Assembly: GCA_937997485.1 (NCBI GenBank) | Contig: CALKTH010000009.1 | Span: 187,538-251,537, forward strand | Direction: 5' to 3' | From: an uncultured Acidimicrobiales bacterium | GTDB taxonomy: Bacteria > Actinomycetota > Acidimicrobiia > Acidimicrobiales > SZUA-35 | Length of the DNA: 64,000 nt | Part shown: one piece after another, positions 16,839-25,698 of the stretch | Layout: each line of letters opens with the position of its first letter | How positions within the stretch are numbered: position 1 is the first letter of the stretch | The notes under the pieces: model-generated | Told to the model about the DNA's origin: nothing | The model's input: the letters and a program-made list of their open reading frames with translations, nothing else | Databases searched by the model: none | Program-made: the position numbers and the translations under genes

Positions 16839-18570
16839 CCATGCCGGTGTCGCCATCCACCTCGATGAGCGCACCATCGGGAATCCGATTCGTGGCATCG
16901 GTGGCCGAGACCACACACGGGATGCCGAGCTCTCGACTCACGATGATGGCGTGGCTCAACGGCGCACCCACATCAACGACGACGGCTCCCGCGGGCACGA
17001 ACAGCGGTGTCCACGACGGGTCAGTGATCGGCGCCACGAGAATGTCGCCGGGATCCAGTGCCGTTGGATCGTGAGAGTCGGTCACGACTCGGGCAATGCC
17101 CCGCTCCTTGCCTGGGCAGCCGGGTACCCCAGCCAGGGTCTCTCCCGCTCCGAGTAGCTCGTGGGTCACGGCGTCTCGGCGGGGGTAGTCGGCGAATTCC
17201 GGCGGCGGTCCGTCGAAGAGGAAGGGCTCTTGGAGCTCGCTCACCTGGGTGTAGTGCGCTTCCCTGGCGGCGATGATCTCCGGCCAGCCCGTCGGGTCGT
17301 CGAGGAACTGATACTGCTCGGGCTTGGTCAGCATGCCGAAGCTCGAAATCTTCGGGAAGTGGCCGGCCTCAACTTGCCGGCGACCGAATTCCCGCATCGC
17401 CATGCGCGCCTCCTGGACGAGCTTGATGTTGTTCGTTTTCGTCCGCTCCCGACCGGGCATGAACACCGTGGCGGAGTGAAGCGCTGCGAGGAATTGGCCC
17501 TGTGTCTCAGGGTCACCGGCCAGCATCTCGGCGATCTGAGCGCCGAGCTGTTCGCGTTCGGACGCTCGCGCTGCGTTGTTCAGCGCCGGTGCGGCGTCAT
17601 CAGGTGAGAGCCGCATGCGGTCGATGGCGGCCAAGGCCAGATCAGGTTCGGTTTCCCACGTAGGCGATCGGACCTCCCACTCGTTCGGGCCGCGGGATCC
17701 GTAGGAATAGAGGAACGCATCGAACGACGTGACGAAGCCCGCCGCCGCGTCCGCAGCACTGGCTCGCAGCCGAGCGTCGAGTCCCTCGTAGCCGTCATCG
17801 AAGAGGGCCATCAGTTCGGGGGAAGCGGCGACAACACGCCCGAGCTCCCACATCGCCATGGCGGGAGCAGCGGACTCGACGTCACCCAGACCGGCAAGGA
17901 GTTTGAGCGTGCTCTCCGGTTGCCCGACGGCCGTGCAGACCGCGGTGATGATGCCGATCGGGAGCGTGGCCAGGAAGCTGATGAAGATGTGCTCGGTGAA
18001 GAACGTCGCGAAGTGCGTGTCGAGGAGATCCCAGGCATAGTCGCTCAGCTCGCGATCTGACATCGAGGCCAGGTCTGGCCGGTTGGCGCGCAGGCTGTTT
18101 GCCAGCCGTTCCTGCTCGAGCACGTCCGGCAGGTCCGGAGTCGTCAGGACCCAGCCAAAAGTCTCGCCGATCTTCTCGGTCAGCTCGGGGCGGTCGTCGC
18201 CTTCGCGGACGACAAAGGGCGGCACGCCCGGCGCATCGCCGAAGAAGGAGTCGTCGATGTCCTGGGCGGTCATGCCTGGCGCCCGGTGACCCAGCATGCG
18301 GAGTGCGCTCGCGTTCAAGTAGGCGTAGCCCCCCGCCACGCCCAAGAACACGTTCTCGTCGTCGGGGATCTCATCTGGCGTCATCACGCCGATCCGGTAG
18401 TAGGCCTCTCGGAAACCGATCTCGGAACCTCCGAGACCGTCCTCGCCAAGGAATCCGAACGAGAAGGTCATCGGCGCCACGGGATCAGGAAACACCTCGC
18501 CCACGTTGGCCCTTGTGTAGAACGAGTGCCGTTCGCTCAGCGCCGTTTCCACCATCCACTTGTCGACCAT
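16816..18570 (-). CDS. PEP-utilising enzyme mobile-domain protein (rifamycin phosphotransferase-like central domain plus His swivel domain, no ATP-grasp)
   Basis: YTRANVGEVFPDP N-terminal motif; C-terminal GDILVAPITDPSWTPLF..GAPLSHAIIVSRELGIPCVV. Confidence 0.85.
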   Translation of the reverse strand: MVDKWMVETALSERHSFYTRANVGEVFPDPVAPMTFSFGFLGEDGLGGSEIGFREAYYRIGVMTPDEIPDDENVFLGVAGGYAYLNASALRMLGHRAPGMTAQDIDDSFFGDAPGVPPFVVREGDDRPELTEKIGETFGWVLTTPDLPDVLEQERLANSLRANRPDLASMSDRELSDYAWDLLDTHFATFFTEHIFISFLATLPIGIITAVCTAVGQPESTLKLLAGLGDVESAAPAMAMWELGRVVAASPELMALFDDGYEGLDARLRASAADAAAGFVTSFDAFLYSYGSRGPNEWEVRSPTWETEPDLALAAIDRMRLSPDDAAPALNNAARASEREQLGAQIAEMLAGDPETQGQFLAALHSATVFMPGRERTKTNNIKLVQEARMAMREFGRRQVEAGHFPKISSFGMLTKPEQYQFLDDPTGWPEIIAAREAHYTQVSELQEPFLFDGPPPEFADYPRRDAVTHELLGAGETLAGVPGCPGKERGIARVVTDSHDPTALDPGDILVAPITDPSWTPLFVPAGAVVVDVGAPLSHAIIVSRELGIPCVVSATDATNRIPDGALIEVDGDTGMVTILELP

Positions 18571-18674
18571 TGCATCCCCTTGAAGCTCAGCGCACCGACA
18601 CCGGGTGTGTGGGCACGGCAGGAACCTAGCCGCGCGCTGTGACGGGTGTCATACGCAAGCGAGCGTCGGCCGGC

Positions 18675-19634
18675 TCAGGGAACGATGTCGACCGGCGTGC
18701 CGGCGGAGATGAGACCGGCAAGCGCCGTGATGTCCTCGTTGGCGAGCCGAATGCACCCCAAGGAGACCTCGGAGCCGAGAAGATCGGGCCGCTGCGTGCC
18801 ATGAATGGCGACGACGGCTTCGCCACCGTTGATCTGATCGATCGTCTCGGAATACGCAGAAAGCGGAATCACCCACGGGCCATAGACGGAGTCAGGATCC
18901 CACGGGAAGACACTGCGAACGTAGAAGGAGCCGACCGGGGTGGGATCTTTGGGTCGCCCGACCGCACCCGTCGTATCGAGCACCACCTCATCGCCATCCC
19001 ACACGATCACCGATTTGTCGGAGAGGTCGATCTGAATGCGTTGCGTCACCGGACGGAGTTCGACGTCGTCTTCGAGCACCCACCCCTCGCTGCCGTTGGG
19101 TCGAACCGGAACCTGCACCCGAAGCCAGTTGCCTCGCACTTCGGTGACCAGAAGCGCCCGCGGCTGACCGAACTCATCGGGTACCGCGAGATTCCAGATT
19201 TCGGGATAGTGCGTGTCTGGCCCGGCATGGATCCGGAGTGATGTTGCGCCCGGAAGCGAGTGGGCCACGACGGCACCCTCAACATCGCTCAGTTGAACCA
19301 CATCAGGCAGACCGGGAATGGAGATCCCTTGTTCAGCGAGGGTGGTGAGCTCCTCGTTCGCCTCTTCGATGCTGTCTTCGGACGGCACCGGATCGGGGCG
19401 GACCGGCGGACGCTCTGCGACGACGGATGCAGGCGCAGGCGCATCAAGTCGATCGTCTGCCGAGCTGGCGGTCGCCTGCAGGCCGGCGAGGATCAGCAGC
19501 AAGACCGCAGCCGTCACGACGACGATGCGAAACGGACCGAGGCGCGACTCCGACGACGACCCATCGGAGCGTGCGACTTCTGGCAACACTCCATCATCGA
19601 CAATCATCGTCAAAGTCAACGGCATGTTGGGCAC
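18675..19634 (-). CDS. L,D-transpeptidase (YkuD domain), membrane anchored
   Basis: TM helix, IQIDLSDKSV, TPVGSFYV, AIHGT and SLGCIRL (His/Cys catalytic motif). Confidence 0.92.
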   Translation of the reverse strand: MPNMPLTLTMIVDDGVLPEVARSDGSSSESRLGPFRIVVVTAAVLLLILAGLQATASSADDRLDAPAPASVVAERPPVRPDPVPSEDSIEEANEELTTLAEQGISIPGLPDVVQLSDVEGAVVAHSLPGATSLRIHAGPDTHYPEIWNLAVPDEFGQPRALLVTEVRGNWLRVQVPVRPNGSEGWVLEDDVELRPVTQRIQIDLSDKSVIVWDGDEVVLDTTGAVGRPKDPTPVGSFYVRSVFPWDPDSVYGPWVIPLSAYSETIDQINGGEAVVAIHGTQRPDLLGSEVSLGCIRLANEDITALAGLISAGTPVDIVP

Positions 19635-19760
19635 AAAACCAAAGCGATTCCCGCCCGACCCCTGACCCGGCGCAGAAAGCAGGAAAAGCCATGAGGTCAG
19701 ATCACACCAGGGAATTCGACCGATGGTCGCCGATGGTCAACGCAGACTACGGTCGCAGCC

Positions 19761-20321
19761 ATGTCGATCTCGGACGAACTGCGGCCCGTGTGTGCTCTTG
19801 CGTATCAACGCGCCCGAGCCCTGGCCAAGGAAGACGAGGCCGCCGTCCCGGCTCCCATGAGGCACTTCCTGCATATGGCGGCACAGACCCCTCGTTCGCT
19901 CACGGTGGCCCGCCAGGTCCTGGAAACCGATCCGGCGTTTCGAGCGAAGGTTATGGAGGACGCGAACGATGCGACCGTGGGCACCGCTGGCTACACATGG
20001 CTTCGTCGGCTCGAAGCGGCTGCGGCCATCCCGCCACCGCCGGAGCCGCCTCGCTTCGACAGCGGCGGCAATCTCGCCGTTCATGAGACAGACGACATGG
20101 AGAGCGTCGAACTCCGGCGACGAGTCCGGGAGCTGGAAGGAACGGTCAGCTCGTTGCAGGCGAAGCTCGCCACTCGGACGCTGCAGTGGCGCCAGGTGTT
20201 ACGCGAACTGAGCGCTGCGATGGAGCAGATCCCCGAGGATCAGCACGAACAGATCATCGATCTTCGGGACCCACCGGCGTCTCCGTCGGCATCGCCATCG
20301 GCGGCGCATCGAGCGACGTAA
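19761..20321 (+). CDS. Hypothetical protein with C-terminal coiled coil
   Basis: TACGGT -10 7 nt before the ATG; coiled coil ELRRRVRELEGTVSSLQAKL; contains one TTA codon (20199). Confidence 0.65.
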   Translation: MSISDELRPVCALAYQRARALAKEDEAAVPAPMRHFLHMAAQTPRSLTVARQVLETDPAFRAKVMEDANDATVGTAGYTWLRRLEAAAAIPPPPEPPRFDSGGNLAVHETDDMESVELRRRVRELEGTVSSLQAKLATRTLQWRQVLRELSAAMEQIPEDQHEQIIDLRDPPASPSASPSAAHRAT

Positions 20322-21387
20322 CCAATCCGATCGGCCGCCACGACGGATCGATCACCACAAAGGGCGGGATCACACCCCGGCGCAGGACCTCGTCGAGCGG
20401 CTCGTGGAGGAACGCAGCCCGGCTCTGATCGATAGGGAGCATCACGCCCAACACGGGATCCGTGCCATCCAGGTCTGCCGCTCGGCTGATGGCGGCGATA
20501 TCGGCCACGCCTCGAGCCACGCCGTCTTCGTCTCGGACGATCGCCCAACGCTCACGCTGCGGCGACGGCAGCAGCGCCCGAGCCGTGGCCGTGTTCGTCA
20601 ACTCTTCGGTCATGGGCGGCTGGAATCGAGTGACCTCTTCCACCGTTCGCCCCATCACCCGATCAGACAACTGGGCATGCGCCAGCTCGGCGTCAGCTCC
20701 CCGCATGAGAACCCAGCCGATGAAGGCGGTGTAGATACCAAACACGCTCTGCAACACGATGAACTCGTAGGCCGCAAACGCCAAGGCTGCGTAGCCCAAT
20801 ACCTTGCCGACCTTGGCGGTCGTCGCAACCGCCGCCGCGCGATTTTGGCGACGACGCCACAAGAAACCGGTGAGAACTCGGCCGCCATCGAGCGGAAGGC
20901 CGGGGACGAGGTTGAGCAGGCCGAGCACGATGTTGACTCCGCCAATCCAGGTCAGCGCTCGCATCGTGATCGTGGAGTCGACACCAAGTGAGCGCAGCCC
21001 GAACGCCCCGCCGAGTACAAGCGCACCGATGACGAGGTTGGTGCCAGGCCCGGCGGCGGCCACCTTCATTTCGGTGTTGGGATCGGGTGCGCCCTGCTCG
21101 AGCGCGGCCACGCCGCCAAGCAGCGACAGCCGAATCTCCGACGTGCTGATGCCAGCCCGCTTGGCAGCGACGGTGTGACCGGCCTCATGGGCGACGATCG
21201 ACGCCATGAAGCCGAGTGCGGTAGCAATCGCTCCAGCCGCAACCGCGAACGAACTGGCGTCGCCTTGCCAGCCGCTGCCCAGGGTGAACGCGATATATGC
21301 CGCAACAAGAATGGATCCGGGGCCGACGCGGACGGGTGCGCCCGCGATGCGACCGATGGTGATCGAAGCGCCTGAGCCGGTGAGCAT
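20254..21387 (-). CDS. Site-2 protease (M50) with degenerate CBS-like C-terminus
   Basis: VAHEAGH (HExxH), AAAGPGTN, LNLVPGLPLDGGR; start from TACTGT -10 plus ATG 21387. Confidence 0.92.
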   Translation of the reverse strand: MLTGSGASITIGRIAGAPVRVGPGSILVAAYIAFTLGSGWQGDASSFAVAAGAIATALGFMASIVAHEAGHTVAAKRAGISTSEIRLSLLGGVAALEQGAPDPNTEMKVAAAGPGTNLVIGALVLGGAFGLRSLGVDSTITMRALTWIGGVNIVLGLLNLVPGLPLDGGRVLTGFLWRRRQNRAAAVATTAKVGKVLGYAALAFAAYEFIVLQSVFGIYTAFIGWVLMRGADAELAHAQLSDRVMGRTVEEVTRFQPPMTEELTNTATARALLPSPQRERWAIVRDEDGVARGVADIAAISRAADLDGTDPVLGVMLPIDQSRAAFLHEPLDEVLRRGVIPPFVVIDPSWRPIGLVTSLDAPPMAMPTETPVGPEDR

Positions 21388-21501
21388 GAGACGACAGTAC
21401 CCGCCAAGAGGTAAGCCGAGCCTAAGCAGGGAGAGAGTGGAGCGCGAGCGCCGGTGCTGGCCCCCAAGACACTCATCGTTCTCAGCGGGTAAGTTCCCGG
21501 C

Positions 21502-21939
21502 GTGAGCGCGGAAACGGTGGAAGCAATTCTGAGTCGTATGCAGGCATCTGGAGCTCGGTTGACGGCGCCGCGGCGGGCGGTCATCGAGGCGCTGGTGGAA
21601 CTCGATCTGCACCCAACGGCAGAAGACCTGGCCGAACACGTCGCAGCCAAGAACGCGACGGTCCACCGGTCCAGTGTCTACCGAACGCTCGAGGCTCTGT
21701 CCGAGCTCGGCCTCGTCGAGCATGTCCACCTCGGACACGGACGGGCCGTGTACCACCTCGTCGGTCCCGACGCTCGAGCCGAACGAACGGTGCATCTGGT
21801 GTGCGATTCATGCGAAGCGGTCGTTCACGTCGATTCGTCTGTCTTTGTCGGAGCGGCCGAGGTGATCCTCGAGCAGACGGGCTTCACGATTCAGCCGGGC
21901 CACTTCGCCATCCCTTCTCGATGCCGCCACTGCGAGTGA
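21502..21939 (+). CDS. Fur-family regulator, Nur-like
   Basis: RLTAPR, SVYRTL, HVHLGHG, HLVCDSC, HFAIPSRCRHC. Confidence 0.9.
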   Translation: MSAETVEAILSRMQASGARLTAPRRAVIEALVELDLHPTAEDLAEHVAAKNATVHRSSVYRTLEALSELGLVEHVHLGHGRAVYHLVGPDARAERTVHLVCDSCEAVVHVDSSVFVGAAEVILEQTGFTIQPGHFAIPSRCRHCE

Positions 21940-21966
21940 TGGGCACCTCGACGAGACCGCTGGGAT

Positions 21967-23268
21967 TCAGGAGTCTGGCAGGTCCAGGAGACCCAGACGG
22001 TCCTTGAGCTCCAACACACGGCGTACTGAGGCATCGAGCCGATCGATGCTGATACGCCCCGATGCCACCGCTGCGACCACACCTCCGTGGGCGGCCGCAA
22101 TGTCGGGCGGCGCGAGCAAGATGTCAACGCCAGCCTCAATGGACTGCACCGCCAACTCGGCCCGGTCCTGATCCTCGACTGCACCCATGTCGAGCGCATC
22201 GGTCATCACGATGCCGTCGAATCCGAGATCAGAGCGTAGGAGTTCGTCGATGAGGACCGAGGACACCGTCGCCGGAGCCCCGGAGGGGTCCAACCCGGGA
22301 AGCGAGAGGTGGCCCGCCATCACGATGGCGACATCCCGCTCGACAGCGGCGGCGAACGGCACCCGCTCGCGTTGCTCCCAGAGCTCGCGATCCACCTCGA
22401 TGAAGGGCAGCACGCGATGACTGTCGAGTGTGGTGTCACCGTGTCCGGGCCAGTGCTTCACTGCCGCAGCAACTCCGTTGCTTTGGAGTCCTTCCACCGA
22501 GGCGACCACCAGCTCCGCGGCCACGATGGGATCAGCGCTGAAGGAGCGGTTGCCGATCACTCCTGCGTTGCCATCGGTGAGATCGGCGACCGGGGCCAGC
22601 ACGATGTTCACTCCCTGGGCCACAACACCTCTCGCAGTTTCAGCGGCCGCTGCCCGCACGGCGTCGGCGTCGCCCCCGAAGGAGCGGGCGGAAGGAAACA
22701 CTTCAACACCGTCCCGAATTCGGTTGACCCGCCCGCCCTCTTGATCGACGGCGATCAACGCCCCGATGCCGGGGGTGCGACGTTGCGATCGGTCTTGGAT
22801 CCCCGCCGAAAGCGCCGTCAGTTGCTGGGCCGAGGTGACGTTCGGTCCCAGGTAGATGACGCCGCCGAGCCCGAAGGCCTCGACCGCATCGCCGATCGTG
22901 TCGACGCCGGCGAGAGCACGGTTCGACGCCGACGCCTCGTCGACCGACGTGCCGGCGAGAACAGGCATGATCAGCTGGCCGACTTTGGTCTCCACATCCA
23001 TGCCGTCGAGAGCGATCTCGATCGGGTCTGGCGGCTCTGTCGTGGGAGCAGCGGTGGTCGGAGCGGCCGTCGTTGTGGGCGCAGTGGTCGTTGGCGCGTG
23101 CGTCGTTGTTGCATCCTCCGCCGACGCGGTCGCTGCGGACGTCGTTGCGGACTGCTCGGCCGAGGCGTCGGTGACGACCTCACCCGCGCCCACGCATGCG
23201 CCGGCGAACAACGCAGCAAGGGCAACGAGCATCGGCAACCGAAGACGTGTGAATCGTCGGTGGGTCAT
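21967..23268 (-). CDS. GH3 beta-N-acetylhexosaminidase (NagZ-like) lipoprotein
   Basis: Lipobox LFAGAC, Thr/Ala/Pro linker, AVDQEGGRVNR, KHWPGHG, DSH and TDALDM motifs. Confidence 0.92.
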   Translation of the reverse strand: MTHRRFTRLRLPMLVALAALFAGACVGAGEVVTDASAEQSATTSAATASAEDATTTHAPTTTAPTTTAAPTTAAPTTEPPDPIEIALDGMDVETKVGQLIMPVLAGTSVDEASASNRALAGVDTIGDAVEAFGLGGVIYLGPNVTSAQQLTALSAGIQDRSQRRTPGIGALIAVDQEGGRVNRIRDGVEVFPSARSFGGDADAVRAAAAETARGVVAQGVNIVLAPVADLTDGNAGVIGNRSFSADPIVAAELVVASVEGLQSNGVAAAVKHWPGHGDTTLDSHRVLPFIEVDRELWEQRERVPFAAAVERDVAIVMAGHLSLPGLDPSGAPATVSSVLIDELLRSDLGFDGIVMTDALDMGAVEDQDRAELAVQSIEAGVDILLAPPDIAAAHGGVVAAVASGRISIDRLDASVRRVLELKDRLGLLDLPDS

Positions 23269-23987
23269 GATCGCCCCATCTTGGCTCGCAGTTCGGCGAG
23301 CACCCGTGACCCAAGCATGGCCTCGAGCTCGTCGGCGAGGCTGTCGATCACTTGGCTCGACCCGACGAACGCCGACGGGGCGGAACTCCCAGGCTCAGGT
23401 GCCTCTGTGCAGGTCCAGCATGGCCGCTCCGCGTCGTCGGCATTCCAGTCTTCGGTGTGCCAACGCCGCAACGACCGGACGGACACGCCCGACTCGGGGT
23501 CCGGACCGGAGGTGTCGATCTTGAGGGGGAGCTGCCAGCAGATGGACGGCTTCCAATCCAGCGGCGCTTCGCCTTCATCCTCGGCGCCCAGGTGCAGAGC
23601 ACACCCGGCGCCGCCGGCGAATCCGGGCCGGTTGAGAAAGATGCAGGCGCCATCGACGACGCGCGTATGCCAATGGCTGCGGCCGCTTGCTCCGTCAGGC
23701 GGATCGAGCAATCCGCCGTCGTGAGCGGCCTCGTGATGCTGGAATCGAGCGGGATCCAGGGCGGCCCCCAACGCCGTGATCGTCATGGCCTCGCCCTCAT
23801 CGAGAAGCTGGGCACCGACCGAGCAGCATCCCTCGCCCAACGCAGCGGCAGGAATCGGAAGGATGCCCTCACATCCCTGGCCCCACAGACAGGTCCAGTG
23901 TGATTCGAGGAACGAACGCTCAACGTGCCACTCGGTCGAAGGATCGTCTGGGTCGGTGAGGCGAAGGGTGTCGTCAGGCGAGCGCAC
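23265..23987 (-). CDS. Conserved Cys-rich hypothetical protein (possible metal/Fe-S binding)
   Basis: WTCLWGQGC, GCCSVG, ACIFLN, GCALH, KPSICWQLP; stop overlaps the GH3 start (ATGA). Confidence 0.75.
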   Translation of the reverse strand: MRSPDDTLRLTDPDDPSTEWHVERSFLESHWTCLWGQGCEGILPIPAAALGEGCCSVGAQLLDEGEAMTITALGAALDPARFQHHEAAHDGGLLDPPDGASGRSHWHTRVVDGACIFLNRPGFAGGAGCALHLGAEDEGEAPLDWKPSICWQLPLKIDTSGPDPESGVSVRSLRRWHTEDWNADDAERPCWTCTEAPEPGSSAPSAFVGSSQVIDSLADELEAMLGSRVLAELRAKMGRS

Positions 23988-23994
23988 CGGGCCA

Positions 23995-24004
23995 AGCCTA
24001 CGAT
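23995..24004. promoter_or_regulatory. Overlapping divergent -10 hexamers (TACGAT on +, TAGGCT on -)
   Basis: Each TAnnnT hexamer lies 7 nt from a GTG start (ung 24012; Cys-rich gene 23987). Confidence 0.6.
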
Positions 24005-24011
24005 CCGGAGC

Positions 24012-24686
24012 GTGCCTGACCGCCAGCAGCCCGTCACCGATTGGAACCCACTACTGCGGGCTGAATTCGACAAGCCCTATTGGAAGGAGCTCCAAGCCTT
24101 CGTGGCCGGGGAACGTGCCGCCGGGCCCGTCTACCCGCCGCCGAGCGAGGTCTTCACCGCGCTGCACCTGACCCCGCATGCATCGGTGAAGGTGATGATT
24201 CTCGGCCAGGATCCCTATCACGGACCGGACCAGGCTCACGGCCTGGCGTTCTCGGTTCGAACGGGCACGCCCATCCCGCCGTCGCTTCGAAACATGTTCA
24301 CCGAGCTCACCGATGACCTCGCAATCGAGCGCCCTGATCACGGCTCGCTCGAGCCGTGGGCCCGGCAGGGAGTGTTGTTGCTGAACACCACACTCACCGT
24401 GCGCGCTCGGGAAGCAGGCTCCCACCAGAAGAAGGGCTGGGAGCGATTCACGGATCGGGTCATCCAGGTCGTCAACGACAAGCGTGAGCCCGTGGTGTTC
24501 GTGCTTTGGGGCAACTCGGCCCGGGCCAAGAAGGCCCTCATCGACGCTGAACGACACCACGTGATCGAGGCTCCCCACCCATCCCCCCTGTCCGCCCACA
24601 GGGGATTCTTTGGTAGCCGACCCTTCAGTACGGTCAATGAAGCGCTGGCGGCCAACGGCCGCTCACCCGTTGACTGGCGGCTCTGA
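24012..24686 (+). CDS. ung: Uracil-DNA glycosylase (family 1)
   Basis: ILGQDPYHG, IPPSLRN, GVLLLNTTLTV, HPSPLSA. Confidence 0.97.
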   Translation: MPDRQQPVTDWNPLLRAEFDKPYWKELQAFVAGERAAGPVYPPPSEVFTALHLTPHASVKVMILGQDPYHGPDQAHGLAFSVRTGTPIPPSLRNMFTELTDDLAIERPDHGSLEPWARQGVLLLNTTLTVRAREAGSHQKKGWERFTDRVIQVVNDKREPVVFVLWGNSARAKKALIDAERHHVIEAPHPSPLSAHRGFFGSRPFSTVNEALAANGRSPVDWRL

Positions 24687-24795
24687 ACCACCGCAAAACC
24701 GCTGCCGCGGCATGACCGAACAATTCGTCGCCTATGTTGGAAGTCACTGGATCCGATCCAGGCGGGCGATCTAGTGTTTTCAGCAGAGACCTCCC

Positions 24796-25698
24796 ATGAC
24801 CTCGATCCAACGCTCCCCGCGGCCGGAGCGTCGCCGCCACGAGTTGCCTCCAGACTCGCCTCCGTCGACTCCCGATGCCACCGGCTTGTCAGGCACAGAC
24901 GCGATCGAGACGCAGAGCACCGCAGAGGCCAACATCTCGCTGGGCACCCGCATGTGGGACCTCACCCGGAATGCGGCGCTGCTGGTCGGGCTGTGGTTTG
25001 CCTACGCGCTGGTTCGCACGCTCACTTCTGATGAGTTCTCCACCGCCATCGAGAACGCACAGCAGGTCATCGATTTCCAAAACGCCATTGGCTTGCCGAG
25101 CGAAGTGCACATGCAGCGTTTCCTGCTTGACCACCCAGGCCTCATCAAGGCAGCCAACACCTTCTACATGTGGGTCCACTTCCCCCTCACGGGGGTGTTC
25201 GTGATCTGGGTCATGTTGCGCCACCGCCACGTCTTCCCAGTGATTCGCGACGCACTCATTCTCTTGACTGCGGCGGCCATGGTCCTGCACGTGGCGTTCC
25301 CGTTGGCGCCGCCCCGCTTCATTCCCGGCTTCTTCGACACCGGAGCGCTCTTCGGACCGAGCCCCTACAGCCTGAGCGCATCGCAGGCGGCGAACACGAT
25401 CGCCGCGATGCCGTCACTGCACGTGGGCTGGGCGTTCGTGATCGCCATCAGCGTCGTCACCCTCACGAGGAGCCGCTGGCGCTACCTGGCGTTCTTGCAT
25501 CCGCTCGTGACCTCAGCCGTGGTCGTGGCGACCGCCAATCACTACTGGGTCGATGCGATCGTGGCCATCTTGCTCGTGATCGGGGCGTGGGAGTTCAGCG
25601 CCCGCCTCGCACATCACCAGTTGCTGAAGCCTCGCCACGAGAGCGAGCTCGAGCCGAGCGACGCCGATGGCGACCTCCAACTCACATCAAGCCCCTGA
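24796..25698 (+). CDS. PAP2-family (inositolphosphotransferase Aur1/Ipt1-like) membrane protein
   Basis: FPLAPPR, AAMPSLHVGW, TANHYWVD. Confidence 0.9.
   Translation: MTSIQRSPRPERRRHELPPDSPPSTPDATGLSGTDAIETQSTAEANISLGTRMWDLTRNAALLVGLWFAYALVRTLTSDEFSTAIENAQQVIDFQNAIGLPSEVHMQRFLLDHPGLIKAANTFYMWVHFPLTGVFVIWVMLRHRHVFPVIRDALILLTAAAMVLHVAFPLAPPRFIPGFFDTGALFGPSPYSLSASQAANTIAAMPSLHVGWAFVIAISVVTLTRSRWRYLAFLHPLVTSAVVVATANHYWVDAIVAILLVIGAWEFSARLAHHQLLKPRHESELEPSDADGDLQLTSSP

Noticed and set aside
23030-23160. TTAP/TTTA repeats in the GH3 lipoprotein as a novel repeat element
   Set aside because: Ordinary low-complexity Thr/Ala/Pro linker after a lipobox
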